DNA of 63,135 nt, the filler included, from Octopus bimaculoides (Eukaryota): the NCBI RefSeq assembly GCF_001194135.2. It is 5 parts of 5 records of this genome, joined end to end, with 100 filler letters (N's around TTAATTAATTAA, not from the genome) between each part and the next. Parts side by side here need not be neighbours in the genome. Positions count along the whole stretch, not along the records: positions 17,346 to 30,603 come from NC_068984.1; positions 30,704 to 58,693 come from NC_068982.1; 3 more parts are not named here. One strand, written 5' to 3'. Each line of letters starts with the position of its first letter. Positions within the stretch are counted from its first letter, which is position 1. Below, in pieces: positions 22,562 to 34,117 of this stretch. The notes beneath the pieces are model-generated. The model was not told where the DNA came from. It did not search any database and saw only the letters and a list, made by a program, of their open reading frames with translations. A program made the translations under genes and the position numbers.

Positions 22562-24595
22562 TATAGGATTTTACAATAATTTTCGTACGTCATTCAACGT
22601 GATAATCGGGTCATTCAAAGTCGCGAAAAAAATTAGTGCCATGAAGTTAGTCATTCAAATTCGTTTTTCGATCACTCATTTTCGCACTTCGGTGAAAGAA
22701 TTTGGCATTTACATCATTCAAATTAAAATACCCGTCGAGAGCATTCAAATTAGTTGGAATTCGAAGAAGCGTCATTTCGAGAATTCAAATTCGAACTTAA
22801 GCATTCGAGTTCAAATAAGTTTATTGAATTTAGCATTAAATTTACATGTCTGTTTTTACTCACATTCTAAGGAGTAAATATTAGAAATGACAATTTTAAA
22901 TGACATATTTTCTCGTGTAAATTGTATTATGTTGTTACAGCTAGAAGAAAGAAATAAATTATGTGATTCTTCTGCTCACGAAAGTCTTTTTCATTGCAAC
23001 ATTCGTAATCGGTCGTTATCAGTTGCATTTTATATCACTTTCTCTTACATCAGCTTGTAATCATGGAGCCACGCGTAAGGTACATGCGTATATCGGAAAA
23101 AGATAGGGAAACGAAGGGCATCGAACCGATTACCTGCATCTGGTAAACACATTTGGTATCAAAAAAAGTATTGCACGATCCACAGTATCGATCTACTTAC
23201 GGTCTGGGAAGCGCCACAAGTTGCCCAGATTAGGTGCCCACCACGTTAAGGTTGAGGAGGAAATGTGCGCCAGGCTTCAGGTTATTATTCATGCCAACCC
23301 ACACGCAACCCTTCAACAGATGAAGAGAAACATAGAGGCAGTATTGCTCAGCAATCCGCCTGTTTCCGTGTCTACAATCTCACTGGCTCTAGTTGGGATG
23401 TTGATAACAATGAATTTGGCCGATGACATTCCAGATGCAAGAATTGCTCCAAAAACTCTGGAAAAGCATTATGATTATGCGCATCGGTTGGTGGAGAAGG
23501 GAGTCGTCGGCCATTGCATATTCAGTGATGAATGTGGGTACAAAATGTGTACCAGGCGATCCTGTTCACGCAATTGTCAACCGTCAGCCTGGGAAAAATT
23601 GCAACGTCACTTTCGCGGTGTCGGGAGAAATCGGCCTGGTCCATCAATCCATTGCGAACGATTCTGTTACAGGAAACTCTTTCGAGAAGTTCTTGGCAAA
23701 AACAGTTCGAGTATGTGCCGACATATTCCCAGCGGGACCTTGTTTGACCTGAGTTGCAACAAAGGGTTAACAACCGGACAGCTGCAGAAGAGACCGGCAT
23801 GACTAAGGAAGAATAGTGAACACGTCATACAAAAGGTCAAAAGGCGTAACATTAACGCTAAAACTCAAGAAAATTGTGTTCGTTGGTATAGACACCCAGT
23901 CCTACCTCTCGCGATGCCTCGACCACCATTAAATAGACGGCTAAATAATCTCAAACCGTAAATCAATAATTATCTTAGTGTCCATAGCACCCGTTCCCCG
24001 ATGAAAGAGAAAATACAGAATCAAATAAATATATACTTTTCCCATCAAGACCTATTATGCAAAGCAAGAGCACATAATGTATTCAAAATCAAAGAAAATC
24101 AACATTTGTTGTAATCGCGAGTGCCTTTAAAAAAGACTGAAGAGGCTGGAATGCGATTTCATGAAGTCTTTAATAATAAATGCATGTACCTATGCAAAAA
24201 TAAAAAAAATACATAGAAAAGACATGGTCACGATAGAGTGCTTAAATCATAAACAATGAATTAAAACATGTGATTATGATAACAATGATCAAGAGATAAA
24301 ACCAAAACTGCTATCGTGCTAGTTGATTGCACGAAGACTTAAATATATTGCACCGAAACGAATTTTAGTGCTCGAAAAGAAGTTTCATCACATTACAGCT
24401 AATTTTAATGTTCTCAACGGGCATTTTAATTTGAATGATGTCAAGACTAAATTCTTCGACCGAAGTGCGAATTGAATGGTCGAAAAACGTATTTGAATGA
24501 CTAAGTCCATGGCTCTATTTTTTTTTTCGCGACTTTGAATGACCCGATTATCAAATTGAATGATAAACGCACGGAAATGACAACAAAATCCTATA
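22562..24595 (+). mobile_element. IS630-Tc1-mariner element, about 2.0 kb, about 230-bp TIRs, decayed transposase
   Basis: TIRs start TATAGGATTTT / end AAAATCCTATA with repeated CATTCAAA motifs; ORF 23221-23802 has GAHHVKV..NPHATL..VSVSTI..CIFSDECG..TRRS, continued in another frame by GKNCNVTFAVSGEIGLVH. Confidence 0.85.
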
Positions 24596-25916
24596 TTAAA
24601 ATAAAAAAAATATATTGATGTAGCGGTTTCCGTATTCATTGTAACTGTTTTGAATTTACACTCCCAGAAATATTCAAAACGCAGTAAAGCGAACCCAGGA
24701 TTTACCCAAGGGCAAATTACAATGTGATTCCTCTCCCCAAGTATACCTACATTTCCTTACTACTCTATACTTGAGTGCTCGTATCCGCCTGCATGATGCT
24801 TTTTTCTATATATTCATCTATCTATCTTTCTTTCTTTCTATCTGTCTATATACTCTACTCTGTATTTTATATATATTTGCAACATGTGCACTAGAGGGAT
24901 AGAAGGAGTGAGGGAATAAAAGAGAGTGGCCAAGAGAGAACTAATACACACACAGACACACATATGTACTGCTTACCGAAACAATTACATTTGCAGGAAG
25001 TGACTAATATAGGAAATATAAATATATTTACGGCATCAAAGTCTTTCAATCGACAATAAAGTATAATTTTTTGTACGCCTGCAGTTCTTGTGCAATAAGA
25101 TCTCCTGTGTTCATTAATGCAAGCACGTATCTTATCAAATAAATGAGAAATTGAGGTCAACTCTCAGAAAGCTCAAGAAACAGCAACCATTTTGAAGTAT
25201 TACATAACTTTGTGGCTGAACAATGTCTTGTACAGAATACAAGCACTCTAGAATTTACATATGTGTGTATATATAATGTTAGTAAATTACCGAGTAACAT
25301 ATTCACATACCCGATCAAAGGTCAGCTAAGTTGATACAATAACTTGCGGTAATATAATGCACTGATGTTACCAATCAAAATGTTACTTACGAGAAATTAT
25401 ATGCGGCTAATGCGTTTGAAATTCTTGGCAATTAAATGCTACTCTCTTACAGCATACTATCCATTACTGCTTAGCAATGAGCTGCAACCTCTCATTAAAT
25501 TGAGAGAAGTATTAATGTCGCTTGAACTTCAGTATTTGCTGTAATATTAAGAGTAGATTTTCGCGTATCAATTAGTCCTCTACGGATGTAATCAAAGCTA
25601 TTTTTTAAGCACAGATGCTTCGCTTCAATGATTCTACTAGCAGCAATGTCGAAAATGATATTCAATATAATCACTAGTCAACCTAATAATATATGGGCAA
25701 TATTTGTCTTAATGAGCTATCGTCGTAGTTAAAGAATTTCTACGACAGAATTGGTTAAATAAATTTCTAAAGCTATTGCTTGTAGATAAACTTACTGCAC
25801 ACAGCTTACCAACAATGCACCATCATTGATTAGTTCTTAGCTTTCACGAAATTATAAGGTAACGCATATAATCTTACACGAGAATAGTCTCCCAAATATG
25901 CACGTAATACAAACAG

Positions 25917-25970
<54 letters not shown>

Positions 25971-26089
25971 GTATGTATAAGAATAATCTGTACTTTCCCT
26001 AAGACATTGTTTACGTTCCTTGCATTGCCTTCGACGCTCAAGTGTTGAAATGGGGGTACAAGTGTGGTCACAACCGATGTTTCACTATG

Positions 26090-26590
26090 ACCGCTCCAGT
26101 TTACGGTTCAATACAGCGACAGCGTTGTACTGCGTAGAAGTGTGTATGAGTGGATCGATAATTTCAAAAGTGACTTAAGAATCATGGAGCATAACGAAGG
26201 AGGAGGATGCTCATCAATGTACACCACTGACATTAATGCACAATAAACACAAGAGATGGTTATTGCAAATAGCCCAGTGACCATCGATGAGGTTGCTTGT
26301 TTACTGCAAATTAATCACGGTTCTGCAAACCAATTGATCCATGACACTCTTTGCTTCCGTAAAGTCTGTACAAAATAGGAGCCAAGAGAGATTATCGAAG
26401 TCCATAAACGCAATCGAGTCGAGATATGTCAACGTTTACTAGACCGCTACAACGGTGAGATCAAAGCTTTGTTTTTGAGAGACGAGACACAGAAACAGAG
26501 TCAGGATTGAGATGCGTCCATCACTTTGAACCGGAATCGCCAACTAAAAAGAAGTTCAAGAAGCAGCATTCCGCAGAAAAAAAATGTTAA
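26090..26590 (+). pseudogene. mariner transposase remnant (N-terminal and first-D region)
   Basis: VYEWIDNFKS..VTIDEVACLLQINHGSANQLIHDTLCFRKVCTK*EPRE..RDET..VHHFEPES..KKKFKKQHSAEK. Confidence 0.85.
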
Positions 26591-26881
26591 TCTTTATGCA
26601 GGAGCCATACTTTATGCGGGAGCCAGTCCTCTACTGGGACATTGCTTGGTAAACTGGTCTGTATGAGTTGATGAAAGAAAGACGCACTCAACACATCTAG
26701 TTGGAGTTACATGTATTATAATTTAAAAAGCAATTTGATACGGCCCCATGGAACTTAAAGTTTCTAAGACTCCTTACAGGAATCTAGGTAGTCGGGCCCA
26801 ATCCGCCTGAACCCAACGCATTAGGTTCCTGCATTGCACTTGCGACAATTGAAGTTGCATTGGATATACTCAAACGTTTGT

Positions 26882-26883
<2 letters not shown>

Positions 26884-26946
<63 letters not shown>
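26884..26946. repeat. (GTA)n microsatellite
   Basis: About 21 perfect units. Confidence 0.95.
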
Positions 26947-26947
<1 letters not shown>

Positions 26948-27117
26948 CCAGCTGCAGTAGCAGTAGAATATCGTTATAAATATAGGTATTGTGTTCGATT
27001 CACTGTAGCCGCCTGTTGGCAACATTTGCCTTCTACGGGCATTAATCCAATCCTCTAACCTGCTTTCACATCTATCCTACGTTTGAGTTTATTTTATTTT
27101 CTGTAAAGTAATTTTAT

Positions 27118-27159
<42 letters not shown>

Positions 27160-27821
27160 TAAACTCACGTAGGTGTGCTCGCGTGAGGTTATAGATATCC
27201 GGTTTATCATTATATTATTATCGCTGTAATCGAAGCGGTGTCCAGTAAATGGAAAGTCTTCTTTTATAATATTGGAAAGAATAAATTTCCATATTGCAAA
27301 ACATATCACCCTTTCTTTTCTGTCATTCTTACAGACTGGATGAGAATATATTGACATACACGTAATCCTGCAATCAAATTTACACACACAACTTACAAAC
27401 TCATAACATACACAGTTAAATGTCTTCTTGTCTTATTTAGATTCTAGATTGCTATTTTCTTCCCTTATTTTTCACGTAACAATGGATGCATGCAACGCAA
27501 TAGATTTAACAAGAGCATACTTCTACTTGTTCCACATTCTATAGCTTTAGTATTGCCTTACAAATATGTTCTTCAGCATAATAAAAATACACTTTGTAGA
27601 TATGTAATATATGAACATTAATATAATAAAAGTATGAAATTACATTTCGTTGTATAGTTTGCGAACACAGGTGTTCACCTAATTTTCCATGATACAATAA
27701 TGACCACCCCAGGATATTTTAAACTGAAAAGCAATGCTAATATCAGCGAGATTTTCAATGCACATGCCTGTAATTCTACTGATATACATAGCTGTACACT
27801 CAATCTTAATGTTATTCAATG

Positions 27822-28030
27822 TAGTGAGCTGGGTGAATCATTCGCGCGCTTGGTAAAATGCGTAGAAGCATTTCGTCTCGTCTTTATGTTCTGCGTTCAA
27901 CTTGCAACGTAGTCGACATTGCCTTTCATTCTCTGAGTCTATAAAATGAGTATCGATAGAGCTTTGGGTTCGATGTAATCGACTAACCTACTCTACCGTA
28001 AATACTGGCCTTGTGTCAAAATTTGAATGC
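27822..28030 (+). mobile_element. SINE family A, diverged
   Basis: GTGAGCTGGGTGAATCATT..GTCGACATTGCCTTTCAT..GGCCTTGTGTCAAAATTTGAA. Confidence 0.7.
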
Positions 28031-28084
28031 AATATTTGTCGTATTTAATGGGACGAGGTGGCAGTATCTTTCGCATAGTCAGGG

Positions 28085-28217
28085 GCAATGTAGTAAGAAG
28101 GTCACTTCCAAACAACATGGTTGCAGATTGAATCGCACTGCACGGCACCTTGGGCAAATGTCTTCTACTACAACCTTGTGAGTGAATATTTTAAATGGAA
28201 TCTGAAAGAAGACCATC

Positions 28218-28269
<52 letters not shown>

Positions 28270-28590
28270 AGAGAGAGAAAGAGAGGGAGATAGAGAGAGC
28301 GACAGAGAGAGAGAGACAGAGAGAGAGAGACATCCAGACAGGCAGACAGAAAGAGACAGACAGAGATATATCACTATGTGTTTGTGTGTCGTTGAGTCTG
28401 TGTCTGTCACCGCACCATCGCTTGGCAACCGATCTATGTGTGCTCGTGTCTCCACAATAAAGTGGTTCTGCAAAAATACCGATAAAATAGGTACAAGGCT
28501 TACAAAACATAAGTGCTGGGTTCGATTTCTTCGACTAAAAAACTATGTAAGGCGGTGCTCTAGTATGATCGCAGTCAAATGTGTGAAGCT
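28085..28590 (+). mobile_element. SINE family B full length with internal (TA)n(GA)n expansion
   Basis: GGCACCTTGGGCAAATGTCTTCTAC..CTGAAAGAAGACCATCG-[TA/GA]-CACCATCGCTTG..AAGGCGGTGCTC..GCAGTCAAATG. Confidence 0.75.
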
Positions 28591-28811
28591 ATTGAAAGAA
28601 CACCGGACAAAGTACCTAGCGCCATTTTGTCAGTGTTTAGTTTCTGAGTTCAAATTCGACTTAGCTTTTAATCCTTCGGGATCGATGAAATAAGTACTAG
28701 CTGAGCACTGGCGTCCATGTAAAAAAAATTCAGGCCGAGCAGAAAATAATATCGATAATATTTAAACTCTTTAGTTTATATTAGTTTATATTAACCACTG
28801 CATCACATACC

Positions 28812-29110
28812 CGTGGGTATATGGCGTATTGGTTAAGAGGGCGGGCTACTAACCCGAACATTCCGAGTTCGATTCCAGGCAGTGACCTGAATGATAATAA
28901 AATTAATAATATTAATATTAATAATAATAATAATAATAATGATAATACTAATCATTATTATAACAACATCAAAAAATAGCTTAGGAATGAGAACCGAGGT
29001 TCGAAATTTCCCCAAGACACTTGATGAAGGCTGCAGTGTATATCAATCGAAACGCTGTGGCAACAACGAACAAAACAAGGACAAATATCCGTCAATTGTA
29101 AATAATGTAA
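28812..29110 (+). mobile_element. Composite element: tRNA-like head + (AAT)n + Penelope-type tail with hammerhead remnant
   Basis: A box TGGCGTATTGG (28822), arm CGGG-CTACTAA-CCCG, B box GTTCGATTCC (28867); tail GACAC-TTGATGA-A-GGCTG..CAATC-GAAACGCT-GTGGC (29016-29061). Confidence 0.6.
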
Positions 29111-30560
29111 ATAATTTACCAAATATTCAATTATTGCCTAATTATTGTATTGTTCTTTTTTGTTTTGTTTTTTTTATACTGTTGGTGAAAAATTCAATAC
29201 TCCAACACGACTTTCACCTTAGAACTATAAAACATATTTGTGCAGGTATAGAAAGTATTATTTGCAAAAATCCTCTTGTATAGTAAATTAATGAGAGTTT
29301 TATTTTCAAATCAAATGTAAACCTATTAAGTCTAATAGCACTTTCTTGATATCATTGATCATCATGAAGATATGTCAATGTTTATCTTCAGCTATCTTAT
29401 AGTGCATAATAATCATTAAGTACACGGTACGTGTTACAACAAAGCTAATCCATCTGACATTCGGTGACGTTAAAATGAAGTAGAAATATTTGTTTTAAAA
29501 GTTATGTGTCCAACGACCCTATAACTCAGTCTACATGTGTTCTATTTAGACATATTTTAACTAATAGGAATCACAGGAGGAAAAATCTAACCTTCATTTT
29601 GATTTTGAATATCCATCATTGGGATCTGACTTAAAAGTAATTGGGTTGCTATTTCCTAGCAAGTAAATCTTGGCTGATTTACGCCATCTTTGTTGGTGTT
29701 TGTCAGATGACGCCAAACAACAAGGGGGCGAAAAATCACATTTGCTTCGTTAATTTTATGTCGAGGTAATAACTTTGGGACACATTTGCCAATAGGTAGA
29801 ATTCAACGTGCGACTGGAACAATAGAATGATCGCATTACAGAATTAATTTTCATCCATGCTTAACATTTGATCAAACACTACTGGGGCATGTAGTCATTA
29901 TAGACGTATTATAGTCATGCTGTTTAGGTCTCTTTAATTTGGGGCCGCATTCTCAATTACCCAACCGCAGGAGGTACGTTAAAAGGCCTCACGGAGTGCT
30001 GCTTTTAAGCTAGTCCATTATTACTTGAAAGGCTATGTTGCATTATTCGCGAAGAAATGGGTTATAAATTGGTAATAGATAGTGTAGTACAAATGTGATA
30101 TGGGATAAGGTACCAACATTTTATTGAGGTCTGGATAATGAAAAATTCTGCAGTGACACTAATAAACAGATATTTTAGAATATAAGCTTCATTCATTATA
30201 TCAATTCATATTGGTATCATGATGTATGCTTACGTCAAAAGGAAAAAAAAAATGTATATCATTCTTGATTTTCTGCTGTGAAATATTCGGTTGGGATGAA
30301 CGTATTTCTAACTAAGCTCCGGACTAAATAAGCAGGTCAATTCACATCAGTCGTAAGTGCTGATGTTCTCTCACAGACCAGCGTCATGATTTTCAAATAT
30401 GACTGATCATGTACACTGACTTTGAAATACTGCTTGGACACTCCATCGCTTTTGGTTTATATGTTTGTCAGTCTAATGATGAGATTCCTCGACCTATGCA
30501 GGCAATTAATATCTGGCCTTTTGTTGGGGCATGGTTTTATATTATGAAAATTCTGTGTGT

Positions 30561-30603
<43 letters not shown>

Positions 30604-30703
30604 NNNNNNNNNNNNNNNNNNNNNNNNNNNNNNNNNNNNNNNNNNNNTTAATTAATTAANNNNNNNNNNNNNNNNNNNNNNNNNNNNNNNNNNNNNNNNN
30701 NNN
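30604..30703. other. Assembly linker N44-TTAATTAATTAA-N44
   Basis: As at 17246. Confidence 0.95.
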
Positions 30704-30940
30704 GGCACATAAAAGACACCATTTCGAGCGTGGCCGTTTTCGTGCGGGTGACACGTAAAAGCACCCACTACACTCTCTGAGTGGTTGGCGTTAGGAAGGG
30801 CATCCAGCTGTAGAAACTCTGCCAAATCAGACTGGAGCCTGGTGTTGCCATCCGGTTTCACCAGTCCTCAGTCAAATCGTCCAACCCATGCTAGCATGGA
30901 AAGCGGACGTTAAACGATGATGATGATGATGATGATGATT
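30704..30940 (+). mobile_element. Young RTE LINE 3'UTR with (GAT)n tail
   Basis: GTGGTTGGCGTTAGGAAGGGCATCCAGCTGTAGAAAC..GGAGCCTGGTGTTGCCATCCGG..CGGACGTTAAACGATGATGAT; nearly identical to 51839-51950. Confidence 0.85.
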
Positions 30941-33215
30941 AGCCTTCCTACTGCTAATGACACAACTCTAAAATTAGTGGAACATGTTAGTCATGTAGGT
31001 AAAAGGAGATAATCTGATTGATATATGTTCTTTGTTTAGGAACAGACACATTACAATGATGGCAATACATCCATTGCAGTTCATTGAACATCTGGCTTTA
31101 GTTTCAGTCTCCCCATAAGTCCAGATACGATGCCATTTTTGGCATGTCTTGGGTGATGATAATATTGTTAGTAGTTATTCATAGCCTTTCAATATCTGAT
31201 GCTTTTTTTTTTTTTAGTCTGTAACTGAAATGTAGTGAGGCACTTGTTGATTATGCAATGTATGCATTTCATCTTCATCATCATTGCTTTAATGTTCATT
31301 AACTTGAATGAAATTCATTGAGACTGATTTTCTATAGCCAAATGCTCTTCTTGTCACCAATCTTCATCTGTTTCCAAGCAAGCTAATATTTCTCCTAGCT
31401 TTTCGAATGCAAAAAGCTCACTAGCTAGACATGTTTTTGGAGTAGATTGCAAACAAGGCAGTGTTTTGTATGAATGGTGACTTTACTTACACTCAGTGTG
31501 CAAAATGTCAAATCAGGGAGTAGTTAAGCAGTTTGCTTTCAAGCCATGTATTTTCAGGTTCAATTCCACTGTACAGCATCTTGAGAAAGTGTCTTCTACT
31601 GTTGCCCAGGCCAATAAAAGCCTTATATGTGAATTTGATAGACAGAAACTGAAAAAAACCTGTTGTATTTGTGCTTGTGCATGTCTGTGTCCCTTTCTTT
31701 TGACACTAAGTGATGGTTGTAAACAAACATCACTACTGTCATATAAGTGATGTTATTCATTTCTATTCGTCTGTGAAAAACATGCCTTGCTTTGTAAAAT
31801 ACCACCTTGCTTAGAAACAGGTGAAGGTTGGTAGCAGGAAGGGCATCCGGCCATAAAAAATCTGCTTCAACAAATTCCATCTGACCCATGCAAGCATGGA
31901 AAAGTGGATGTTAAATGATGATGATGATAGAGACACACAATTACATAATGGAGCTTCTTTTAGTTTTTTTTTATATCAAATCCACTCATAAGGCTTTGGT
32001 TGGCTTTTGTAGGAGATACTTTTCTAAAGTACTGCACAGTGGGACTGAATCTAAAACCATGTAGTTGGGAATCAAACATTGTAACCACACAGTTAAACTT
32101 ACGCCTGCAGACAACAATGAACTATACTTCTCCTTGGCATCTATTTTTATTGCAAAGAGCTGTGTGACAGACAAACTCAAATGCTTTTACCATACACAAT
32201 GTATAACAAAACTTGAATCAGTTGTACCAACCCTTGAACTATCAACTGTTGGGTTTTTACTATGTGCTGTTACCTGCACAGTTGTGACTGTTGTTATGCC
32301 TTGTGCATGTTGTCTCCACTGTTACTGGTTCCATGAAAGATGCACCTGGTGTACACTGTAAAATGGTTGGCTTTAGAAAGGGCACTAAGTTGTAGAAACC
32401 ATGCTAAAGCAAACATTGGAACATGATACAGTCATCCAGCCCACACCAGCATTAAAAGATGATGATGATGACTGTGGGGGAAGAAATGAGCCATAGCAAA
32501 GAACTAATAGAACTTTATCTTTTTCATTTTTTGTTTGGCTTGAACTGTTTGGAATATGGCTATTCTTGAGCATTACAACATTAGGGATGTAAACAGTCTT
32601 TGAAGTTTTTCACATTATTTAATTTATTTTTATTTTGTTTTATTTTATTTTAGAATTCATTAAAAAAAATAAGGTTATTTTTCCTAGATTTTATGTATTT
32701 TTGTTACATATGTTTCTCTCACACACACACATGTATATGTATCTATGTATGTTTTTACTTTGGCATGATTTGGAATCCTTTCATACTCATATTTATTGTT
32801 GGTTTATATATTTCACATAATATCTATTGTATGTTAATTTAATCTCTCAAAATTGTAAGGAGTTCACAAGGTCCATAGCTTAATCATGGCTATCTATAGC
32901 ATGAAATGACTATGAGAGTAAATTTACTCTTGACTCAGGTTCAAGTCAATCATAAATAATTATTCCCAGAAGTTCTAGCATCTATTTTCTAGAACTTGAA
33001 GAATTAAAGATGGTAGAAAAAAAGAGTCCTACCCAAAGACTGCAAAATGCTCAGAAAGATTTCTGAACTGGAAGCCGTTTCAATACTTTATACATTTCCC
33101 TATTCTATTATGTCCAGCTGTAGAAACCATGCTGAAGCTGACTTGGGGCCTGAAGCAGCTCTGCTGGCTGTTTGTCAAATCCTATCAAACCCAAGCCAGA
33201 ATGGGAAACAAATGC

Positions 33216-33254
<39 letters not shown>

Positions 33255-34117
33255 ATAACCATTATCATCATTTAGTATCTACTCTCCATGCTGGCATGAA
33301 TTTATTTGTGTGTGTATACATATGAACTTCTTTCAGTTTCCATCTACCACATCCACTCACAAGGCCTACTACCATGATAAGAAGACACTTAACCATGGTG
33401 CCATACCATGGGATTGAATCTGAAAAGATGAGGTTGCAAAGCAAACTTTTTAACCACATAGCCCAGCCTGTAGTCATTTGACTACATCCATGAGGTAGTC
33501 TTTCATCACTACTATGCCAAGTCATCGATGGCTGTTGCTTTGCTAATGAGGTTAGAATAATGCTGAAACCCATTCAGGGCTGTCTCCCATACTTCACAAA
33601 ATGACTAAAACAATACTCGTCATTGATTAATATTTTCTTTTCATTAGTTGCTTAAAAATTTCTTGTGAGATTAATTTTAAAGTCCTCTACATTAAAACAT
33701 GAGCACTAACTCTTGTAATGAAGGTTACAAATGATAACACATTTCATGAACAATTTAGTGAACAGTTAAGAATTCAACAGGCATCTAGCCATCCTCATTC
33801 ACCCCTTTACTATTCAGTGTAATTTTTCAGGTAATAACATAGTTCCAGATTAGTTGTCCTTGTAAAACTTTATATCCCGGCAGCTTCATCTAAATTCTTA
33901 ATTGGAGATTAAATTTCAGAGCTGGATATTATAAATGTAAACATGTAAATGATATGTAATGAAAGACAAGCAGTCAATTTATATTCTTATCCTAATAATA
34001 AATTATGCCAAGTAAAAACAAACCATCTGAAAGAAAAAAAAAAAAACTAGGTGGAAATATTTGGATTAGCTAACTTCAGTTTAAAATAGTCTTTAAATGC
34101 AAGAGAATCTCAATATA

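Noticed and set aside
24986-25160. Minus-strand ORF ending at a GTAAGC donor
   Set aside because: Weak acceptor, TTG start and unrecognisable peptide
28815-28890. Functional tRNA gene
   Set aside because: Acceptor and T stems do not pair well, ACT anticodon is atypical and there is no Ser-type variable arm; treated as a SINE head
32270-32352. Apparent minus-strand exon CTPGASFMEPVTVETT with AG/GT ends
   Set aside because: The acceptor and 5' part lie within the LINE-tail repeat
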